DNA of 63,807 bases, counting the filler, from Parasitella parasitica NRRL 2501 (lineage: Eukaryota; Fungi; Mucoromycota): the NCBI GenBank assembly GCA_025201805.1. It is 7 parts of 7 records of this genome, joined end to end, with 100 filler letters (N's around TTAATTAATTAA, not from the genome) between each part and the next. Parts side by side here need not be neighbours in the genome. Positions count along the whole stretch, not along the records: positions 1 to 13,654 come from MU619421.1; 6 more parts are not named here. One strand, 5' to 3'. Positions 1-13,075 of this stretch are shown here, piece by piece. Numbering within the stretch: position 1 is the stretch's first letter; the number at the start of each line of letters is the position of its first letter. The notes beneath the pieces are model-generated. The model had not been told where the DNA came from. It made no database searches and saw only the letters and a program-made list of their open reading frames with translations. Made by a program: the position numbers and the translations under genes.

Positions 1-2
1 AC

Positions 3-1423
3 TGGCGGTTCATAAAGATTGATGCCCAGAACCTGACCGGAATTTTCCCAGAGGCCAAGCAAAAGAAGCAAGCCAATGAATCCTCTTTTGATCATCAACA
101 AAGGTGCTTCTATCAAGCTTTTGCTTTCAAAAAGCTGGGTATTCAAAGTTACATACTGCTAATACACATATCAATGAATCAAACTGCTGATAAAAAAATA
201 TATAGTTGTGAAAAGCTTCTAGCATTGCCTGAAGAAAAAGGAAGAATGTTTCTTAACGGATTGTACACTGATGGCTATACGTGCAGAGTTCTATTTGCTA
301 GAAGAGTGCTTCCATCATCTCCAGAAGACAATATCTGTCTAGAGTTGGATGATTTTTCAAGCGAAGAGGTGAACAAGCATTTCCGTCCATGCACTGTAGA
401 CCCGGGAAGACGGGATCCTTTCGTCTCTTATCATGGTGGTACTGACATACGTCGCTTGTCCTCAATCGAATACTATAATATGGGTGGAAGTGTAACAAGA
501 ATGAAAAAGCAACAGAAACACAAACAAGAATTAGGCATTAAAAAGATTGAAACAGACATTCCCTCGCCTAAAACTGCATCTGTGGAGCAATTTGTTCTGT
601 ACGTAGCCTACATGTTGCAGCACATGAATACGTTGTTTGATTTCTACGGCTTTGATACTTCCAAAGTCAGATGGTTGAACTACCTTAGCTCTCAACAAGT
701 TATCGAAGAAAGCGTCAATATCCTGATAAATGGCGGAAAGAAGTATAATAAGGGTAAGAGAAAAAAGACAAGGGCGAACAGAAAAAGAAGAAGAAAAAAT
801 CGCCACAGCTGTACTCGTACTCCCAGAGAAAGAAAACCCATCACTACTGTTACAAGGTCCAAGAGGTATATACTTTTCTCTAGTTTTGTAACTTACAACT
901 GAAAAAACAAGGCTTGTTTTGAAGTAGGTGACAAAAGTAAGATGCCTCTGGTGATCTTTGGTGACGGGTTAAAAAACAAAGATCATATAAAGTTCAGAGG
1001 TTTAAGACACGGTGTTTCGAACAAAATATACAAGCAACTACAAGCAAGAGAAAGAATTGGTGAACTATTACTTGTAGATATTAATGAGTTCAAAACATCG
1101 AAGGTTATTAAGGAAAAAACACACATAATTCACATATTGCACTTTCAGCTAAAACCGATTATTCATAGATCTGCAACAACTGTCTCAAAGAAGATCTGGA
1201 GAATTTCAAGATAAGCTCTGACAACGAAGAAACCAAAATCCATCAGGTATTGAAGTGCAAAACTTGCAATATTTACTGGAATCGCGATGCCATGGCCTCG
1301 AAGTACATGCTCACCATTGCCACATCAATTTGGTGTGGAAATGGCCGCCCCCAGGTCTTCAAAAGACATACCGCCACCTCCAATGTGGTTGTTGCTGCTC
1401 ACTTCGGTGAGTCAGCAACTTAA
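3..1423 (+). CDS. Fanzor1-type (TnpB-derived RuvC) RNA-guided endonuclease, 5'-truncated by the window edge, intron-containing
   Basis: Open frame from nt 3 (WRFIKIDAQNL...LYTDGYTCRVLF) with RuvC-I 'TVDPGRRD', then 'VIFGDG' and RuvC-II 'DINEFKTSK'. Removing the GT-AG intron 1104-1168 gives 'ICNNC...HQVLKCKTCNIYWNRDAMASKYM...GRPQVF' (Zn ribbon CxxC..CxxC plus RuvC-III NRD), stop TAA 1421-1423. The TGA at 900-902 is removable by an in-frame intron such as 866-937. Motif order matches Fanzor/TnpB. Confidence 0.9.
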
Positions 1424-1434
1424 AGATATTGCAG
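1373..1434 (+). ncRNA. Putative Fanzor omegaRNA scaffold overlapping the CDS 3' end
   Basis: Hairpin GCCAC(1373-77)/GTGGT(1385-89). 12-bp hairpin GTTGCTG-CTCAC-[TTCG]-GTGAG-T-CAGCAAC (1391-1419) with a cUUCGg tetraloop. Loop CTCCAAT (1378-84) is complementary to ATTGCAG (1428-34) at 6/7 positions, a potential pseudoknot. The 5' boundary is uncertain. Confidence 0.65.
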
Positions 1435-1514
1435 GTAAGAAGCTGTAACAATTCTGATTCTTCTGAAAGATACTAACATTGTCTCCATGTTCGTACTCAT
1501 GTCCCATTTTCGTA

Positions 1515-2846
1515 CCGTGGGTAAAGATAAGTCACCGTCCTTTTTAATTTCCTTTATTTTTCAAATAAAAACAAGTAGAATACTCTTCAATCAAACGCTC
1601 TTTTATCACTACTCCATAAATACAACTGATTATGACTTTAACAGATATTACCAACGACCATCGTACAATTCGTAAACAACTTGACGATTATACATGTGGG
1701 CTCACTATCGGCAGATATCAAGCCAAACAAAAGATCACTCAAATTTCACGTGAAATGTGCTTGCCAAAGTCGACCGTTACTGATTGTGTCAATCGCTACA
1801 ATAAAACAGGAAGTGGAGTAATCCAAAAACGTAGCGGAAGACCTCTTAAGTTGTCTGAAAGAGATCAGCATACTGTTGTGCGCAGCTTTAGAGAGAAACC
1901 ATTTGATTCTTTTGTCACTCATAACGCAAGATTGAAAGCAGCTGGAATTGATATACATCCTCAAACGCTATCGATATATGCTGACAGACACGGCTTTGGG
2001 TCATATTCCCCAGCATCTGTACCAATGCTGAAACCCAAGCAAATCGAAAAAAGACTTGCTTGGGCCAAAGAAAAGGTTAATTGGACAGCTGAACAATGGN
2101 NNNNNNNNNNNNNNNNNNNNNNNNNNNNNNNNNNNNNNNNNNNNNNNNNNNNNNNNNNNNNNNNNNNNNNNNNNNNNNNNNNNNNNNNNNNNNNNNNNNN
2201 NNNNNNNNNNNNNNNNNNNNNNNNNNNNNNNNNNNNNNNNNNNNNNNNNNNNNNNNNNNNNNNNNNNNNNNNNNNNNNNNNNNNNNNNNNNNNNNNNNNN
2301 NNNNNNNNNNNNNNNNNNNNNNNNNNNNNNNNNNNNNNNNNNNNNNNNNNNNNNNNNNNNNNNNNNNNNNNNNNNNNNNNNNNNNNNNNNNNNNNNNNNN
2401 NNNNNNNNNNNNNNNNNNNNNNNNNNNNNNNNNNNNNNNNNNNNNNNNNNNNNNNNNNNNNNNNNNNNNTGAACATGTCTGGGCTTACCTTGAAAAGCGG
2501 ATAGAGAGTCGTAGATACCAACTGAAGAATGTGGATCAGTTGGAGACTTGTATTCGCAACGAATGGTATGCAATACCTCCATCATTTTTAGAGACTTTAG
2601 TCGACAGTATGAGCTCTCGATGCAAGGCTGTTATTGAGGCTAATGGTGGCAATACCAGATATTAATTTTAATTTTTTTTTGCTATATTACTAAAATAAAC
2701 ATGTTAAGCTTTGTATACTTCAAATCTTATACGATTATATTGATATTTCACTAATAAGTTTTTTCAATCAAAAAACATTTCAAAACTTGAATTTAATTTC
2801 TGACACCAAAAAGTAAAAAAGGACGGTGACTTATCTTTACCCACGG
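1515..2846 (+). mobile_element. Tc1/mariner DNA transposon nested in the Fanzor element end
   Basis: Perfect 31-bp TIRs CCGTGGGTAAAGATAAGTCACCGTCCTTTTT (1515-1545 / 2816-2846), TA duplications at 1513-14 and 2847-48, and an internal transposase. Confidence 0.95.
1632..2665 (+). CDS. Tc1-family DDE transposase (middle lost in an N gap)
   Basis: HTH region 'RSGRPLKLSERDQ', 'RLAWAKEKVNWTAEQW', and C-terminus 'EHVWAYLEKRI...DSMSSRCKAVIEANGGNTRY'. Confidence 0.92.
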
Positions 2847-2962
2847 TATTCGTGACCCATTTTTGTAATCGTGTCCAAACTCAATTTGGAAATGACCAAA
2901 ATTTATTTTCATTGGCCCAACCTAGTTTCGTCAACTGTAGCTGGTAGTACCCTCATACACTT

Positions 2963-3368
2963 TTTTTGATCAAAAAAGGATAATAAAAACCAAAGGTTAA
3001 CGAGATACAAAAAGTTATAGATTCTTTGTTTAAGATTGTTATTGCATCTGCTATTTATATCTTTTACAGCTTTATAAGTTTATGGTGACATATTTAGATT
3101 ACTAATTAACAAGACTAATTCACAGTGAAAACCTACTTGACAGGGTAAAATGTATGGTTATACAACAAGCGCTACACGTCTTTGATCTGAAAGAGCCTTA
3201 AATTTTATCATGGTGCTCATATCTGTGTTACTTACAGGAATAACCTTCTTAATTTGAAATAGAGACGTTATTCTCCAGTTCACACAAGCGTATCATATCA
3301 CATCATCGGACAGTCTTCAATCTTCAATTGAAGTACATTGCCATGCTCTCCTTTCTATAATTATCAGA
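2963..3368 (+). repeat. Degenerate copy of a ~415-bp solo-LTR-like repeat (family A)
   Basis: Aligns by eye to 37465-37883 and 41266-41678. Confidence 0.8.
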
Positions 3369-3369
3369 A

Positions 3370-3706
3370 TGAGAAATTCTTCAAATGAAACGGTCGCGAA
3401 TTAATCAGGTAAAGATCGCATTTATTACATGAAAAAAATGATGGCTTATATACTAGTGAATCTAAGTAGATTGATGGGGGTGGGTTAAGATACAAGTGTG
3501 AGACCTGGTGTGATTTGGAGAATATAACGATAGATTGTATCTATTGTTCATGAACATGTCATGTTAAGTTATAAATTGGGATATGTTCCTGAATTGTGTT
3601 GAGGATTGAATTTGAATTCCGGTTGGGGAATTGACACATCAAATTTAAGGTAACTAGGTGAATCTAGAAGTGGAATGCAGATCATCATAGTGAATGTATT
3701 TCACAG
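3370..3706 (-). repeat. Dispersed repeat fragment
   Basis: Reverse complement matches ~53790-54090 and the 'aatacattcactat..gat.tgcattccacttctagattca' block at ~35750 and ~54630. Confidence 0.7.
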
Positions 3707-4800
3707 TAGATTCTTGAAATGAATACGCAAAAGCTTTAAAAATCGGTTGAAAACTTTCAAGGCAAGGAAAACACTGGAGAACATTGCTTTCCAAGAGGAG
3801 CTTCAGATCTTCTGTGGCAAACCAAGTGAGATAATATCGCTGTATATGAACATTGCTTGTATGCGGGTATTATTGGTAGCGAATTACAAAGAGTTTTTTT
3901 TACCGTGTCTGACACTTTTTCTCTTCTCCCGAATAAAGGCCTAATATTTGTCTCGTCGAGTAAAAAAGTTTCCAGCCTGATAACAGCTAATTACATAGAA
4001 TAAATACAACAGAAAGGTACAGCTGAACTGGCTTTTCTTGGCATTTTCGTTATATTATTCTATAAGAAATCCACTTTTGAAATATTGAAATTAGATGCAA
4101 TTGTTTAGCATTTAATCCATATAAAGCGTGTTTCTGGAACATCAAATCATTTGATTTTGTGGTTCGCTACATTTAAGTTATTTTTGAAGACTAGATCTGT
4201 GTATAATAAGTGCTTGATTATCGCTTTTTTCTTCTTGATCCATGGCTTCACTTCCATCTTTATCATTTTTTTTGGAAAAACCTTAAGCTCGATGCAAGTA
4301 TATTTTTGAAAAGAGAGTAAACAATTATGGATCTCATGATTATTAACGTTTGCTATTAATATTGAGATGATAACACTATTTTAGATAGAAATATTAGTCT
4401 TCTATCTCAGTTTACACATACGAGAGATATCATGATACCTAGTGAAGTTGTCTTATGCTTCCATTGGTAATCGAGATTTTATATCAGTAGGAATCTCAAC
4501 CTTGATCTTTTGCGCAACACACATACATCCAATAAGAGAATTCTTCCAGACCTCCATTTACTACTGTGTCTAAAATATTTTTTTCCATTTTAATATGAAA
4601 GGTGCTCACGATACCATTTTTCATGTGTTGATGCAATTACTGAATCCCTCACGTGTGTCTATGGAATCCCCTAAACAGTGTGACTTTATCAATGGAGATA
4701 TTGGAACATCTTTTCCTCTCTAATTTGTTCGTAAAGTCTTCAAGCCTATTGATCATAAAATTCAGCACTCAAAGAACAATTCTATAGACCATAATATACC

Positions 4801-6451
4801 ATGAAAAACTTTCAATCGACTATCGAGGTGGTATTTTTTTTTAAGAAAAGAGTAATAGATCACTTATAATTTCTTCGCTTGTCTAAAAAACAGTCAGCAA
4901 TGCGAGACGAGTTAACGTGCGGCAAGTACCTATTTGAAAGGGTATATTTTCAAGATGATCTTACCTTTTTATCTTAGCCGTATGTCAAGACATTTTTAAG
5001 AAACCACAGGCACTTATTCCTTGCTTACATACATTCTGTTTGCACTGTGTGAACTCAATTCCTTCACAATACGGAAACGATACTCTCACATGTCCTATTT
5101 GTAGAGAGAAGATAAACAGTTTTTCCAGTAACTTTTCAATTCAAAATTTCATCGACATTTTTAACAGCGCATCGTCGGATAAAATCAAGGAAATCGCTTC
5201 AATCTCGGATACCACCAAGCCCAATGCAGCGGTTTCCGAAAGCCCTACTCCTGTTATTGATATGAACAACGACGAAGAACCACAACAAGACGAAGCTGAA
5301 TCTTCAAATACCACATTCTCAATTGCTGCTGCGTCTTCATCAGCGTCATCTTATCAATCTGTTTCGAAGTAAGTTGGGTACGTATTGAGATAATTTGTAT
5401 TAAAAAATGGGATATATATAGCTTTGAAATGTCAAAAAAGCCCTGCCGATCATGTATCTATGGCAATAACACCGGCTATTCTTGTCTGATGCCCATAACA
5501 AATATTCAGCAAGATGGGTTTGGACATCTTTTGTGTGGCTATTGTTTAGAATTCATGCCAGCAAGAGGATTTGGAGGAAATGAGCCAGCTTTCAATCAGT
5601 GCTGTAGTTTCTGTGGCGTCGTTGCGTGTGATGAGTACTGGAAATGCAAAAATAAATCCAAAACTGCCAAGTTATATATATTAAGTGGTAATTAGATGGT
5701 AAATTGAAATCCTACTGCACAGATATTGACTCCATATAAATTTAAAGAAATAGCAGATATCAGCAATTGGATACAAGACCTTGATTCAATAGAAACAAAA
5801 GAGGGTGGCTATTTAAATAAGGCAGAGATAGAGTTGTTGAAAAGGCATCTGACTCAATCTGATTTAAATTTGGAAAATGCATGGGCTACTTGTTTAAATG
5901 ATTTTGATGAAAATATTTACACTGCTCGTAAGTTGACCAAATTAAACTATGAATAGAAGGTTTTCTTTGCTGATATCAGTTTAGCTATTATAAGGCGAAT
6001 GACACCATTAGGGCTTCAGATCTATAATACTCGACGTTTGCCGACTTACACCCAAAATTTGAATGTTGAAAACGATGAAGAAGACACTTACTATGACCGG
6101 ATCCAGGAAGAAGGCATACTACCTTCAGAAAACTTACGAGCATGCTATTCTTGTGTTGTCACAATAGTCAACGGCCAGTTTTATGGATATTGGAAAAACA
6201 TAATAGACCGTAGATCGGAATGTAAGCTTTTACAAAATCTATATTCATTTAGCAATTAATTTTAATTCAAATACGTAAATACGCAGATATTGAAAGGCGA
6301 GATCCATGCCGAAGGGGAAGCAAATGTGATGCTCAATGGAGAACGTTAAGTAAGTTTGTTTTCTAATGTTGATGTCAAGTGAATTGACATGAAACGTTTT
6401 CATACAACAGGTCATGCTCAGAGACTGTGCCATATTGATGTTGATTTTTGA
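4801..6451 (+). CDS. CHFR-like RING E3 ubiquitin ligase (RING, Cys-rich domain, PBZ-like motif), multi-exon
   Basis: Spliced RING 'LTCAVCQDIF..ALIPCLHTFCLHC..CPICR' (needs GC-AG intron 4922-4977). Cys-rich 'CGYCLEFMPARG..CSFCGVVACDEYWKC'. C-terminal 'DPCRRGSKCDAQ..HAQRLCH'. Confidence 0.7.
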
Positions 6452-6553
6452 CTCTACTCTCTTTCACAACTACAAATCAAATAATTCATACGTATATCCC
6501 TTCATATTTTCTTGCTTTATTTAACTTTCAATGCGACTCAGAATAATCTAAAG

Positions 6554-7848
6554 CTAAAGCTCATCTCTTTCCACTTTCTTTTCTTCATTCTTGATGAATT
6601 TAGATGGCTTAATCAGGTCATAGTTACCGCTCCATTTAGCATAATTAAGATCCAGCATGCGTTTTTCAAGCTCTTTCAAATAAGACAGCTGATCCTTGTA
6701 AACATCCGCAGAAAATAGAGATATGAATGTATTCAATGACGAATCATTAAGATTACAACCCCTTCTAGAGAGCAAAATATCCTCGATAATTTCGGGAGTA
6801 TACACGAAATCAGAGTGATTCGATAAATAGGCTTCAAGTGCGACACCTCCAGCAGGAATTCTGCATTCTTTGCGAATACTGGCCTTCAGGTCATCCAGTG
6901 ATGATACAGGCTCTTTGTGAATTGATCGCCAAAAGGCGGGAGTAAAGTAAGCTGGACTATATCCCGGAGTAGCGACGATTTGGTCTGATTTTGTAATCAT
7001 AAATTTGGAACGAACGCCAACAGTTTCACCATCACCTTCCCATTGAGCCATTTCAGGATAATATCCCACAACATTAGCAATTGATGGCCAAGGTCCTTTT
7101 CCTCGAGTATAAATGAACGGACACTGACAATAATTTAGTACATGTGCTGGTATATGTGCAAGAGCTTTACCTCTTTTTTGACAAATTCATCCGTGCCGGC
7201 AGTTGCTTCCGTATGAATCTTGCAAGCGTCATCAATCACAGCTTCCAATTCTTTTGTGTTAACTGGTTCAGCAACATTCTCAGATCTGATGTTGATAATG
7301 AAGAATTGCTGAGCATTGTTTCTTGAAAACATAAAGATGTCCTCGAGCACATTTCGGAACGTCTTTCTCAATGGAGCTCCATCTGCACTCGAGCAAGCTT
7401 TAATTGATCCCTGGCTAAACTGTAATGAGTGAACTGATCGAGCATATATTGTATGCGTATAGTTACGTTTTGCATAAATTGACATCCAAATAACGAATTC
7501 CTATCAGTAGACGTGTTAAGTTTTACTATTTCTTTTGATGATGTGTCTTCCGAACCGTCAGAAAGTGCTTGCGAGATATCATTTGTTTCAGCATTATGGA
7601 GGCCAACGTAGAAGCCTTGATTTATAGGCATTTCTTTGTATTCTGGGTATCCATTACATGGTCCAGGCCCGTTCATTGCCTCGGAGAACCCAACAAGAGG
7701 CCTGCCAACAGAATTACTGCCAAGTGTATAATTTAAGAGCTTACAAAACTTACTCAGTGCTATCATCTTCATTTATCTCTACGCTTAATTGAGCATCAAC
7801 ACCTGCATATATCAACGTTGCAGTAACCAAAAGATTCCAAACTTTCAT
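6554..7848 (-). CDS. PLC-like phosphodiesterase (PI-PLC X-domain-like) with signal peptide and C-terminal RDEL
   Basis: MKVWNLLVTATLIYAGVDA signal, 'CNGYPEY...YVGLHNA', spliced 'ISQALSDGIRYLDVNLC', and terminal 'ERDEL'. Confidence 0.65.
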
Positions 7849-9026
7849 TATTTGTAAAGTACGATCAATCTAGAAAATGATAAGAACGAGAACCCAGTAT
7901 TTTTGGGTTCATCTGTGGCCAAATATGGAAGAAAAAAGGTCCCACTTGTTTACAATATATATAGTCAAGGTTCATGCAAAAATCCTACTTGATGAAGCCT
8001 ATTCCTTGAAAACGAATAGTAAGACTATTTTGAAGATATTTTATGCTATAAAGAGTTTATTTATAAATATATGTTGGGTACCTTGCTCTATACACGTATC
8101 AAATGAATCGGTATTACAGTAGCATGTAATTCAGCAAACACGATTACCGAGACTGGAGCCTTCCACCCAAACGTATCAAGAGATCAAGAGACTCAATTTG
8201 AATATCTGCCTTACCTTAAATGGGAGTTTTGGGGGAAAATTGCGCCATCAAGATGATTTTGGCTTAATCCTTGCCAATCCTACATTGAAACGTCGGTCTC
8301 TTTGAAACCTACAAATGAAGAAAATAGGGTGATGTACGGTTTCTAACACAGGCACATTCAGGGACATTTATAGACTCGGTTTGATTTTTCAAGGGCAACC
8401 CAATACTGGAACTGTTTGAAACATTGTTCAGAGACACTAAGCGTTTGGGGGATTTGTTGCTCTAGAGGTATATAAAAAAAAAAAAAAAAAGATCTGGATT
8501 CTGAAAAGTTAAAATTGAAAAAAGGGAAAAGCTAATTCTGATGAGTTTGTTGTGTCAAGTCTTATTCAAAATCAAGCTCTCGAAATTCAAGTCATCCAGT
8601 TGGTAGCCAAGAGTTTTTAATTTATAAAGAGCCTTTTGTTGATCTGCTTGCGATTACACAACCAGCAACGTCAGTTTATAACGATCTGGGGAAGCTTTCC
8701 CATGTTCAACCTTCGGATCAAAAAGAGTAATTTTAGACAATGTACTTACTTGATTTACATCCCGCAGGTCATCCTTGTTCAATGGCCCCAATAATGGATC
8801 AAATCAGGAAAACACATGAGATCTGTATATTGAGCATGCTTCTAAATTTCTCCTTTTTCTCGCTCCATTAGACAGAATACTTGCCAGTAGCTTGATCGCA
8901 ATTGCATTCGAGTCCAAATCCAGACAGTCACCCGCAAAGCAGAAAGGGTTTATTAATAAACCCAATTATCACCTCTTCTTTGTTATTCTTTATTTCTTTC
9001 TTATTTCCTGAACGTGTAGACTAACT

Positions 9027-11215
<2,189 letters not shown>

Positions 11216-11384
11216 CCACCTACTACTAACTTTTTTTCCTTCGCTTCCTTTCCTTTCTTTCTTTCTTTTTTTNNNNNNNNNNCGCATATATATTCATCAT
11301 TATGTTTGAATACATTTTATTTAGCCTTTTTTTTTTCTTAAACATATTAAACAGAATCAAGGTCAGGTATCTTTTCTGAGCACC

Positions 11385-11930
11385 TAACCCCTTTTCGCAT
11401 AAAAAACAATATTCAACATTTGCTTGTGTAGCGTCGATCTCTCAACATTCTGTGAAATATGGACGTAATGTTTTCGGGCCATTTTGCGTTCACCATTTTG
11501 ATTTTGCACTTTATTCCTTAAGTAAAATACGTACATCAAGTAGCCAAGTCGATCCTAAGAGGTACCTTGGGCCCCAGCCCGTCGATCTCGATGTTTACAA
11601 GATTCAGACCGTCTTAATTTACCATTGTTTACAATACCGTATTGATTTAAGCCGTATCTTGATTGTCGCTGATCTTGGCAAGTAACTGGATCTCCTGCAG
11701 TATAAGAAAAATGAAAGCAAAAAGTATACCACTATTCAAATGTGCCTTCAATTGAATGCTTGAGATGTCATGCTTAGACAATCATATGTCGGAGCAACGG
11801 AGCTGTTGAATCGTGGACGGATATCTAATGATTATAAAAAAAAAAGAGCATATTACACCTTGAAATACATTACAAAAAATAAAAATATACGTTGAATTAA
11901 TAGAGTACCAAAATTGCTTAATTTAGCCTA
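11385..11930 (-). CDS. Possible small multi-exon hypothetical gene
   Basis: Open stretches bounded by GT/AG on the minus strand (e.g. DPVTCQDQRQSRYGLNQ...). No recognisable domain; boundaries approximate. Confidence 0.25.
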
Positions 11931-13075
11931 CTGTCATTTTGCAGTTTCTGGAAAAAAAAGTTTCAAGTAAATGGTAAAAGTCATGGTGATTGTGGTAATT
12001 TATATTAGGGTTTCTGGTTACAAACCTTTTATTTCTGATAAAAGTCAAGAAGTTTCTGAGAGAAGAGAAATGTCTCCCTAAAAAGATTTTAAATGGGGAT
12101 TTTCATATTTAGAGAAAAAGAGTGATTGCTTTGTTTCATTCATAATGAAAATACAGTGGAAATACAAAGAGAATGTGTTGTGAAATAAGCTATCTACATC
12201 ATATCTTTAAGCTCAAGGCAGTCTTTAAAAAAGGTTACGGTTGTCTATTGACAAACATCTGTGATTCTGGGTACAAGTGCGTCTGTTGACTTTGGATCGA
12301 ACACCTTTGATTGGGTTCAGGAACAGAGAGCAAGGTTGAAGATAAACACATTTATGTCCATGACATTTCATAAATTTCTATACAGATAATTTTTTAAGAA
12401 TGGTTGTGTTATCCTGGTGGCAGATTGTTCCTTTTCACTGGCATTTTCTTACACCTTCAGTTGATCTGGCATCTTCTATTGTAGAAGGTCTTGTCAGATA
12501 AGTAATGAGCTGGGCTCTCTATACGCATTTGCACAGTAGAACAGCTAGTCAAACCTGTGCCATCTTTTTGATAATATTGGAATGGTTCAAAAGTGTGTTT
12601 CTCTGCGAAGCCAGCGTAGATTTTAGGCGTCTCAGAAAAAAGACAAGAATTGTAAGAAAACAATGTTTAGCAATCTCGAAGAAAAAAAAATGCAAAGTAA
12701 TGCATTGGACTATAAGACATCTTTTGATTACATATTTGCATAGCTTAAAGCAAGTTTTTGTACTTTTCAAGTTGACGTCAGATGAAGATTGCGACATTTT
12801 TTCGAAAAAGTATTTTTAAAAATCGGAGCGTGAGATCGTCAGGTCTGGTGCAGACATGCAAGTACTACCATTAGAGAGACAAGAGGCACACCATTTGAAT
12901 AAACTAGGTTAGAATTGTTTCGGTCTTTAATTGGGTAAGCCATGGCTTCTCAAAGCTAATACTTTCTTCAAAAATAACACCATTTTTCTTTGATAGCGGA
13001 GATTAAACGCATCCAAAAGCAGGAAGGGAAAATTCTTTCAGAAACTCCATTTGGACATTTCGAAAACAAAGTTAT

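Larger units (their letters stand above)
1..2937 (+). mobile_element. Right part of a Fanzor-carrying DNA transposon, probably Tc1/mariner-like; left end outside the window
   Basis: Excising the nested Tc1 restores three ~19-bp subterminal repeats (1492-1510; 1511-14+2849-63; 2864-82). The region ends ...CCTAGTTTCGTCAACTG|TA (reverse complement TA|CAGTTGACG), like a CAGT-type mariner terminus with TA TSD. The left TIR cannot be checked. Confidence 0.55.

Noticed and set aside
1961-2585. ORFs made mostly of X (also 24229-24993)
   Set aside because: Artefacts of translating N gaps.
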